From IMG/VR virus record IMGVR_UViG_3300031774_000001: DNA of 64,000 nucleotides. One strand, 5' to 3'. How positions within the stretch are numbered: the stretch's first letter is position 1; every line of letters starts with the position of its first letter. Shown piece after piece: positions 56,955 through 64,000 of this stretch. A model generated the notes under the pieces. The model did not search any database. It was given only the letters and a program-made list of their open reading frames with translations, and was not told the DNA's origin. A program made the position numbers and the translations under genes. This DNA is from a virus.

Positions 56955-57896
56955 ATGGCAGAAAACTTATGGGTTGAGAAATACCGACCTAAAAAAATTG
57001 ACGATTGTATTTTAGCAAATGAATTAAAAGAAACTTTTAAGCAATTTGTAAAACAAAAAGAAATCCCAAACCTATTACTATCAGGTACGGCAGGCACAGG
57101 TAAGACTACCGTAGCACGTGCTTTATGTGAAGAGTTGGGCGCTGATTACCTTGTTATCAACGGATCAGATGAAGGTCGTCAAATAGATACTCTCCGAAAT
57201 AAAATTAAAAATTTTGCGTCAACTGTATCCTTTGAAGGAACAGGTCATAAAGTTGTTATAATTGATGAAGCAGATTATATGAACGCTGAGAGTGTTCAAC
57301 CTGCATTAAGAAATTTCATAGAAACATTTTATAAGAATTGTAGATTTATCTTTACTTGTAATTATAAGAATAAGATATTACCAGCATTACATAGTCGTTG
57401 TACTGTTATTGATTTTGCAATAACTAATGGTCAAAAAGTTAAGACAGCAACACAACTTATGATTAGGTTATGTAATATCTTAACAGAAGAAAAGATAGAG
57501 TTTGATAAAAAAGTACTTGCAGAATTAATACAAAAACATTTTCCAGATTTCAGAAGAACTATTAATGAACTTCAAAGATATTCAGTAAGAGGTAAAATTG
57601 ATAGTGGTATATTATTCAGTATAACTGAAGCAGATATTAAAGAACTTGTAGCAATTTTAAAAGAAAAAAGATTTAATGATATGAGAAAATGGGTTATACA
57701 AAACCTAGATAAAGAACCATCATCATTGTTTTCAAGTGTATATGAAATACTATATAAGAACTTACAACCACAATCAATACCACAAGCAGTTTTAGTTATT
57801 GCAGGATATCAATATAAATCCGCTTTTGTAGCAGACCAAGAGATTAATATGGTCGCTTGTTTAACAGAAGTAATGGCAAATTGTAAATTTAAATAA
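56955..57896 (+). CDS. gp44: Clamp loader large subunit gp44
   Basis: WVEKYRP, GTAGTGKT, DEAD, SRC, PDFRR. Confidence 0.96.
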   Translation: MAENLWVEKYRPKKIDDCILANELKETFKQFVKQKEIPNLLLSGTAGTGKTTVARALCEELGADYLVINGSDEGRQIDTLRNKIKNFASTVSFEGTGHKVVIIDEADYMNAESVQPALRNFIETFYKNCRFIFTCNYKNKILPALHSRCTVIDFAITNGQKVKTATQLMIRLCNILTEEKIEFDKKVLAELIQKHFPDFRRTINELQRYSVRGKIDSGILFSITEADIKELVAILKEKRFNDMRKWVIQNLDKEPSSLFSSVYEILYKNLQPQSIPQAVLVIAGYQYKSAFVADQEINMVACLTEVMANCKFK

Positions 57897-58532
57897 ATGA
57901 AAAGTTTAGTTGAAGAATGGGATAAATTTTTTAAACAACACCCTTATGGGGGACCTTGGGATTTTAATAAACATACGAAAAAATTACAAGATGACCACGT
58001 TGTTGATTTTATAAAGTATTATAATTTTGAAAAAAATTTAAAGGTTTTGGATTGTGGATGTGCAGATGGCAGAAATTCTGAATATCTTATAAATGAGGGG
58101 TATGAGGTAACAGGTGTAGATTTTTCACAAACGGTTATAGAAAGAACTCAAAAGCGTTTACCAAAAGGAAAATTTCTTACTGGAGATATAAGAAAATTAG
58201 ATAAGATTGAATCAAATAGTTTTGATTTTCTTATTGACGCTGGTGCTTTACACGTAAATTATCCACAAGATACTATATCAATTATAAAAGAGTATCATAG
58301 AATATTAAAACCTTCAGGTAAAATGTTTATTAGAGTTTTCAATAAGGATGACGATACACCTAATCCTATTTTTGCTGTAAATAAAGATTTAACTATGCCT
58401 GTATTTGGATATAGTGAGTCTGTATTTAATAATCGCATTAAAGATTATTTTAATGTTAAACATAAAATATATGATTCTCTTTACGGTGCTCACGGTGAAG
58501 GATGTAATTATTATTATTTGGAAAGAAAATGA
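57897..58532 (+). CDS. Class I SAM-dependent methyltransferase
   Basis: VLDCGCADGRN, GVDFS, RILKPSG. Confidence 0.88.
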   Translation: MKSLVEEWDKFFKQHPYGGPWDFNKHTKKLQDDHVVDFIKYYNFEKNLKVLDCGCADGRNSEYLINEGYEVTGVDFSQTVIERTQKRLPKGKFLTGDIRKLDKIESNSFDFLIDAGALHVNYPQDTISIIKEYHRILKPSGKMFIRVFNKDDDTPNPIFAVNKDLTMPVFGYSESVFNNRIKDYFNVKHKIYDSLYGAHGEGCNYYYLERK

Positions 58533-59038
58533 AAAGAAACGATACAAAAAGTCCATCACAATTAAAGAAACCAGAATCAATAGGTTGGAAAAAAGAAATA
58601 AGAAAAACTCCAATTGACCCTTTAGAAATTATAGCAAAAGAAAATGAAGAGTGGCAAAAAGAACAACAAAAAACTTTAAGACGCTATAAAAGTTTAGGAG
58701 TATTTGAAGAGTTAATTAAATCACAGGAAAGAAAAGCCAATATGACAAAAATTGAGTGGCAAAATCATTGTAAAAAACAAGATAAATTGGCAAAAGAAGA
58801 TAGACAAGAATATTTGAGAAATAATAAAATGAATAAAAAAATTGTGAATAGTATATTAGATTTATTTAAAGATAAAGAATATGTAAAAGGAAAAATGCCT
58901 GTTCCTGATTGTCCTTGTAATACTTGTTTTGCTATAGCATTTGATCCTGTTAATAAATTTAAAATGAGTTGGGACGATTGGGACTATGGACTATATGATG
59001 ATTTGATAGACGGACAATTAAATCAGGTATATAAATGA
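58529..59038 (+). CDS. Hypothetical protein with CPCxxC motif
   Basis: Coupled ORF; PDCPCNTC. Confidence 0.5.
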   Translation: MKRNDTKSPSQLKKPESIGWKKEIRKTPIDPLEIIAKENEEWQKEQQKTLRRYKSLGVFEELIKSQERKANMTKIEWQNHCKKQDKLAKEDRQEYLRNNKMNKKIVNSILDLFKDKEYVKGKMPVPDCPCNTCFAIAFDPVNKFKMSWDDWDYGLYDDLIDGQLNQVYK

Positions 59039-59415
59039 ATTTAAAAAGTATGACACATCTTATTCAAGAAGTACAAAGAAAATATTTACCAGCTATTAAA
59101 AAAGGTTGGGACGATAATATTCTACCACAGACTTCTAATTTATATTATAAAAGAGGTTGGGATAAGAATCCAAAGTTTCCTAAAGGTCAACAAGAAATAC
59201 CATTGTCTAAATTATGGATGGATAAATCTAAACAATCAGCATTATCAATAGATAATATAGACAAGATTATAAAAAATTTTGATCCTACTAAATTTAAACC
59301 AATAACTTGTATTAAAAATAAAGATAAGTATTTCGTAGTTGATGGACGACATAGAGTTGTAGTTTTAGGAATATTAGGTAGAACTAACATAGAGGTAGAT
59401 ATAAATGATGGATAG
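59035..59415 (+). CDS. ParB-N/Srx-like domain protein
   Basis: KPI...YFVVDGRHR...LG. Confidence 0.7.
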   Translation: MNLKSMTHLIQEVQRKYLPAIKKGWDDNILPQTSNLYYKRGWDKNPKFPKGQQEIPLSKLWMDKSKQSALSIDNIDKIIKNFDPTKFKPITCIKNKDKYFVVDGRHRVVVLGILGRTNIEVDINDG

Positions 59416-59851
59416 AAAAGCAGTACTTGGTCAAATAGGTGAAAAAATAGTAAGTAATTACTATTCTAGGGCAGGTAATATAGTAGAACACTCTATTGAT
59501 CCTTTTGATAGACATAAAGATTTACTAGTAGATGGTGAAAAGGTTGAAGTTAAAACTCAAACTCGTTTTGTAATGAAAGATTGTTTTACTCTTAAATTAA
59601 ATCAAATTAAAAAATGTATGAACGGATATCATATTGTAGAGTGTCCAACAACAGCAAGTAATGAATCCGCATTATATAAAGTAGATAAAGGATTTAGATA
59701 TAGCACAGGACATATGAATAACGGAGATGTTAGATATGAAATACCTAGAAAACAACCAGCAGTCAAAAAATTAACAGACATTGAAGGCAAAGAGAAAATG
59801 TTATTGAAAAAATACAGCACAAATTATGTACGAACTAAAAGATTACCTTAA
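59405..59851 (+). CDS. PD-(D/E)XK nuclease-like protein
   Basis: GQIGEKIV...KDLLVDGEKVEVK. Confidence 0.6.
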   Translation: MMDRKAVLGQIGEKIVSNYYSRAGNIVEHSIDPFDRHKDLLVDGEKVEVKTQTRFVMKDCFTLKLNQIKKCMNGYHIVECPTTASNESALYKVDKGFRYSTGHMNNGDVRYEIPRKQPAVKKLTDIEGKEKMLLKKYSTNYVRTKRLP

Positions 59852-60221
59852 AGCAATTAATGAATCAAAAGAGAATTTATTAGACACACCAGATCCGACT
59901 TGGGAAAAGAAGTACCCACCATTTGTAATTAACCGTTGTCTATCTATGTTCTATGATACCATAATGCATAGCAATGAAATGAACGGATTGCATTTCCTAC
60001 CAAAGCGTATGCAATTTCATTATTTCATAAATAGTATACGAAAGAAAAGGCGATTTGGAGGTAAGTGGTTATCACAAACCAAGTTGAAGAACCTAGACAT
60101 TGTAAAACGTTATTATGGTTATAGCAATACAAAGGCGAAGGAAGCTCTCAACGTACTTACAGACGACCAAATTGAAATTATTAAAACTAAACTTATACAA
60201 GGTGGGAGAAAGTTTAAATGA
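59826..60221 (+). CDS. gp62: Clamp loader small subunit gp62
   Basis: YPPFVINRCLS, NEMN, YYGYS-x-x-KA. Confidence 0.9.
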   Translation: MYELKDYLKAINESKENLLDTPDPTWEKKYPPFVINRCLSMFYDTIMHSNEMNGLHFLPKRMQFHYFINSIRKKRRFGGKWLSQTKLKNLDIVKRYYGYSNTKAKEALNVLTDDQIEIIKTKLIQGGRKFK

Positions 60222-60685
60222 GCGAAGATATTATTAGTTGGTCGGCTAGCGATATGCTAGAAGTGACCATCAAACAACCTGATGATTTTCTAAAAGTCAG
60301 GGAAACATTAACAAGAATCGGTGTAGCAAGTAGAAAAGATAAGACACTTTATCAATCGTGTCATATACTACACAAACAAGGTAAATATTACATAGTCCAT
60401 TTCAAGGAACTATTTGCATTAGACGGTAAAAAATCTACATTAACATCAAACGATATTCAAAGAAGGAATACCATATCTTTATTATTACAAGATTGGAACT
60501 TAATTGATGTCGTTAAAAAAGAAGCAACGGAAGATAAAGCACCGTTAAGTCAGATAAAAGTATTACCATTTAAAGAGAAAAAAGAATGGACATTATCTGC
60601 TAAATATAACATAGGGAAGAAAGTGGATGACAAGAAGGAAAAGAAACCTGAAACAGCTACAACTAGTCCAATGAGCGATGAATAA
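60218..60685 (+). CDS. regA: Translational repressor RegA
   Basis: DDFLKVRETLTRIG, LYQSCHILHKQG-x-YYIVHFKELF. Confidence 0.96.
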   Translation: MSEDIISWSASDMLEVTIKQPDDFLKVRETLTRIGVASRKDKTLYQSCHILHKQGKYYIVHFKELFALDGKKSTLTSNDIQRRNTISLLLQDWNLIDVVKKEATEDKAPLSQIKVLPFKEKKEWTLSAKYNIGKKVDDKKEKKPETATTSPMSDE

Positions 60686-62092
60686 ATGCAGATACCAAAT
60701 TTCAAAGATTACATAACAGAAGCAAAAACTTCTGGATCATATAGATTAATCATTATATCAGATGAACCTGAAAATGATTTAAACTTTCATACAGCTAAAA
60801 ACTTAATGAAACAAGCAGATAAGCTTGGTCATAAGTCATATATCTATAGAAACACAGGTGGTTATGTAACCGTTGAAGATGATGGAGAACTGTATTTCCA
60901 TAACAAAGATGATAAAAAAGGATTTAGAGTATCTGCTAAAGATACAATTGCTATTATAAGAGGTTCAGTAGTACGTAGAGATAGTTGGATGGACTTGGTA
61001 ACACGATTAGAAAAACACCAAGTTTTCGTTATTAACAGTAGAGAATGTGTTAGTATGTGTGCCGACAAATATAGAACTTCATTAAGATTAGCAGACTATG
61101 GTATTAGACAACCTAAATCTGTATTGGTAACTGATCCAGAAAATTCAATAGAATCTTTTGATAGTTTAGAAGAAAAGTTTCCTGTTATCTTAAAGACATT
61201 AAGAGGATCAAAAGGAGTTGGTGTCTTGTTTATTGAATCAGAAAAATCTTTAGATTCAATTGTACAATTACTTAATAAACAAGATGAAGATTCTGATATA
61301 CTATTACAGCAATATATAAAAACTAAATGGGATGCTAGAGTTTTAGTATTACAAGGTAAAGTATTTGCTGCTATGAAAAGAAAAGTTGTACCAGGAGATT
61401 TTAGGAGTAATGTATCAAGAGGTGCAGAAGTAGAAGAATTAACATTAACAAAAGTAGAAATAGAAGAAAGTTTAAAAGCTGCTAAGGCAGTAGATGGTCA
61501 ATGGGTTGCAGTAGACTTTATACCGTCAGCAGATAGAACAAAAGAACCACCATTTGTTATTGAAGTTAACTCTTCACCAGGTACAGAAGGTATAGAAGAA
61601 GCAACAAAAAGAAATTTAAGTAAAGAAATAGTACAATATTTTGAAGATAGAGATAACTGGAAAAAAGTTCCTAGTATGTGTGGTTATAAAGAAGTTGTAC
61701 ATATACATCCATTTGGACGTATAGTAGGTAAGTTTGATACAGGTAATTCAGGTACGTCTGTTATACACGCTGATAAAATTTCAAAATCAGGTGGTAAAGT
61801 TACTTGGTCGTTAGAAGGTAAGACACTTACAAACGATATCATACGTAAACAAACAATCAATGTTGGTGGATTAAGAGATTATAAAGAAGAAAGAATAGTA
61901 ATAAAACTTGACGTAGAATTTGCAGGTGGATATTATAAAGAAGTAGAATTTACATTAGACGATAGGGATGAAAAATCAAAAATATTATTTGATAGAGAAA
62001 CAATGAATAGGTTTAATGTAATGGTTAACCCTAATAGAAAATATATAATAACAACAAAGTATAGTTTAGATGATAGCAGAAGCAAGAAGTAA
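60686..62092 (+). CDS. RimK-family ATP-grasp ligase fused to a C-terminal RimB-like retropepsin domain
   Basis: DKY, PVILK-x-x-x-GSKG-x-GV, QQYI, FRSNVSRG, VD, EVNSSPG; then GKFDTG and LFDRE aspartic-protease-like motifs. Confidence 0.82.
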   Translation: MQIPNFKDYITEAKTSGSYRLIIISDEPENDLNFHTAKNLMKQADKLGHKSYIYRNTGGYVTVEDDGELYFHNKDDKKGFRVSAKDTIAIIRGSVVRRDSWMDLVTRLEKHQVFVINSRECVSMCADKYRTSLRLADYGIRQPKSVLVTDPENSIESFDSLEEKFPVILKTLRGSKGVGVLFIESEKSLDSIVQLLNKQDEDSDILLQQYIKTKWDARVLVLQGKVFAAMKRKVVPGDFRSNVSRGAEVEELTLTKVEIEESLKAAKAVDGQWVAVDFIPSADRTKEPPFVIEVNSSPGTEGIEEATKRNLSKEIVQYFEDRDNWKKVPSMCGYKEVVHIHPFGRIVGKFDTGNSGTSVIHADKISKSGGKVTWSLEGKTLTNDIIRKQTINVGGLRDYKEERIVIKLDVEFAGGYYKEVEFTLDDRDEKSKILFDRETMNRFNVMVNPNRKYIITTKYSLDDSRSKK

Positions 62093-62387
62093 AGAACAGA
62101 TAGCAGAAGATATTAAACATATCTTAAAAGATAAAGTAGCTCCAGCCGTTGCTCAACACGGTGGGTTTATAAATTATCTTGACTTTGATATGGATTTAGG
62201 TGTAGCAAAATTAGAACTAGCAGGTAGTTGTTCTGGTTGTGCAATGTCTAAACAAACATTACATCAAGGTGTGGAAGATATGTTAAAGCATTATGTTCCA
62301 GAAGTAAAAGCTATTGTAGGAGAAGATGATGAAAAAGCAGAAGAGAGAGGTTATTCACCATTCATACCTAGAACTAGCATTGACTAA
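62070..62387 (+). CDS. Nfu/NifU C-terminal domain Fe-S carrier
   Basis: V-x-P-x-VAQHGG, L-x-GSCSGC, TL-x-x-GVE. Confidence 0.9.
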   Translation: MIAEARSKEQIAEDIKHILKDKVAPAVAQHGGFINYLDFDMDLGVAKLELAGSCSGCAMSKQTLHQGVEDMLKHYVPEVKAIVGEDDEKAEERGYSPFIPRTSID

Positions 62388-62408
62388 TTTTTAATATTAT
62401 GTTATATT
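62380..62408 (+). promoter_or_regulatory. Sigma70-like promoter
   Basis: TTGACT-N17-TATATT with TG extension. Confidence 0.55.
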
Positions 62409-62427
62409 ATAATCAAGGAGAAATATA

Positions 62428-62757
62428 ATGGCTAGTGAAATACAACTATTACGCCTAACAACAGGCGAAGATGTGATTGGCAAAATCACAAAGAACGAAA
62501 ACACAATTACAATAGAAAAAGGATGTGTACTTATACCTAGACAACAAGCGCCAGGTCAACCAGTAACTTTAATGCTAACACCTTATGCACCTTATAGCGA
62601 AACTAATAAGATAGATATTAATAAGGATGTCGTTGTGTCGTTTTCAAAACCAAAAAAAGATATACAAGATACTTATATTAAAAGTACTTCAACGATAGTA
62701 GCACCTAACAAACAGTTAATAACTGAAACAGGACTACCAACGTTGGGTAAAAAGTGA
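62428..62757 (+). CDS. Conserved T4-like hypothetical protein (Sm-like)
   Basis: LRLTTGEDVI start motif; SD AAGGAG. Confidence 0.55.
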   Translation: MASEIQLLRLTTGEDVIGKITKNENTITIEKGCVLIPRQQAPGQPVTLMLTPYAPYSETNKIDINKDVVVSFSKPKKDIQDTYIKSTSTIVAPNKQLITETGLPTLGKK

Positions 62758-63092
62758 TAGACGTTTATTTTGTAAGGGACGGATCAAAAATTCGTGTTCA
62801 ATCAAGAGAAGGATTGAGTGCAATGGAGGCAGCGAAATTTGAATCACACGTACCTATACCAGAAATTCCAGCAGATTGTGGTGGCAACTGTATGTGTTGT
62901 ACGTGCCACGTATATGTTGATGAGAAATGGTTAGATAAAGTGCCAAAACCATTTGACAATTCAATAGAAGAGGCACAATTAGAATATGAAAAAGGATATA
63001 AACCAAATCAAAGTAGATTAAGTTGTCAGATAAAACTTACTAAAGACCTTGATGGTTTAATACTCCATTTGAGACCAGATGAACTTTTATAA
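62754..63092 (+). CDS. fdx: 2Fe-2S ferredoxin (adrenodoxin/ISC type)
   Basis: CGGNCMCCTCHVYV...SRLSCQ. Confidence 0.9.
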   Translation: MIDVYFVRDGSKIRVQSREGLSAMEAAKFESHVPIPEIPADCGGNCMCCTCHVYVDEKWLDKVPKPFDNSIEEAQLEYEKGYKPNQSRLSCQIKLTKDLDGLILHLRPDELL

Positions 63093-64000
63093 AAATGTAA
63101 TAGAATATAAAGGCAAACTCCTTGTTAGAGGTGTAAAAGAAGGTAAAGAGTTTAAAGAGAAGATTAATTTTGCACCTACATTATATTCAGTATCGCAACA
63201 ACAAGAACAATTTAAATCATTACAAGGACATAATTTAAGACCAATTACTTTTTCATCTATTGATTCTGCTCGTAGATTTAAACGTGATGTTGCTACTCAA
63301 AATGCACCTGTCTATGGTCTTGATAGATTTCATTATCAATACATCAATCAACAATATCCAAAACAAGTTAAGTGGTCAAAAGATTTAATTAAAATATTTA
63401 CATTAGATATAGAATGTACCTGTGAAAATGGATTTCCAGAAGTAAATAATCCTATTGAAGAACTGTTATGTATTACAGTTAAGAATCAAACAAACAAACA
63501 AATTATAACGTGGGGTATCGGTGAGTTTAAAACCTTACGTACAGATGTAACTTATATTCAATGTACAGATGAAAGTCATTTAATAATGGAGTTTATGAAA
63601 TTCTGGTTAAAGAATTATCCAGATGTTATTACAGGTTGGAATACTAAATTCTTTGACTTACCTTATTTAATGAATAGAATTCAAATGGTTGCAGGCGCCA
63701 AAGTTGCAAATAGAATGTCGCCTTGGAACTTAATTAATAAAGAAGAAATAATTGTAAGAGGTAGACCTAATACATATTATTCATTGTATGGTATTGCAAT
63801 GTTAGATTATCTTGATTTATATAAATGGTTTATACCAGTAAGACAAGAGAGTTATAGACTAGACCATATAGGTGAAGTAGAACTAGGTGAAGGTAAAAAA
63901 GAAAATCCATATGATACTTTTAAAGAGTTTTATCAAAAAGATTATCAAAAATTTGTAGAGTATAATATTCAAGACGTTGAAATAGTTGATGGCTTAGAAG
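63079..64000 (+). CDS. gp43: DNA polymerase gp43, N-terminal and exonuclease part (runs off the window; not in ORF track)
   Basis: MNFYKNV...; ExoI LDIE, ExoII GWNTKFFDLPY, YRLD, ExoIII YNIQDV. Confidence 0.95.
   Translation, partial: MNFYKNVIEYKGKLLVRGVKEGKEFKEKINFAPTLYSVSQQQEQFKSLQGHNLRPITFSSIDSARRFKRDVATQNAPVYGLDRFHYQYINQQYPKQVKWSKDLIKIFTLDIECTCENGFPEVNNPIEELLCITVKNQTNKQIITWGIGEFKTLRTDVTYIQCTDESHLIMEFMKFWLKNYPDVITGWNTKFFDLPYLMNRIQMVAGAKVANRMSPWNLINKEEIIVRGRPNTYYSLYGIAMLDYLDLYKWFIPVRQESYRLDHIGEVELGEGKKENPYDTFKEFYQKDYQKFVEYNIQDVEIVDGLE

Noticed and set aside
1864-61068. All minus-strand ORFs and short alternative-frame plus-strand ORFs in the track (e.g. 53036-53515, 56220-56708, 18762-19076)
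   Set aside because: They lie wholly or mostly within well-supported + strand genes and have no recognisable motifs. They are shadow ORFs.
27528-64000. Introns or inteins in gp17, gp20, gp23, uvsW, gp46 or the visible part of gp43
   Set aside because: All have normal lengths and uninterrupted frames, with no intein or homing endonuclease motifs seen.

Overview
This is a 64 kb segment of an AT-rich (roughly 30% GC by eye) T4-like myovirus genome, and every credible gene is on the + strand. Gene order follows the marine T4-like pattern. 1-9.2 kb is an accessory island of tailoring enzymes (radical SAM, nitroreductase, glycosyltransferase, kinase-like, sulfotransferase, four 2OG-Fe(II)-type oxygenases, two PLP enzymes, up to three GNAT-like proteins). 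9.2-22.1 kb holds tail-fibre and virion appendage genes, followed by a hemO-pcyX bilin cassette. Next come gp13-gp23 and gp3, then uvsY, uvsW, gp55, a flavin-dependent halogenase, gp47/gp46, def and a DNA methyltransferase. After these are a VWA/MoxR pair, ribosomal protein bS21, a highly structured intergenic region, hsp20, a peroxiredoxin, gp45/gp44, a 4-gene insertion, gp62, regA, a RimK-RimB-like fusion, Nfu, a 2Fe-2S ferredoxin and the start of gp43. The bS21, hemO-pcyX and def genes, the low GC and the lack of photosystem genes in this window suggest a marine alphaproteobacterial (SAR11-like) host; this is inference. The leads most worth checking are: (i) the 14-gene biosynthetic-like island; (ii) a probable double-pseudoknot ncRNA between rpsU and hsp20, plus a ROSE-like thermometer; (iii) the RimK-RimB fusion, whose N-terminus resembles the T4 capsid-targeting sequence; (iv) apparent absence of CATG and WGATCW across the window; (v) many apparently leaderless early and late transcripts in a bS21-encoding phage. 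All calls come from reading motifs by eye; no database searches were run.
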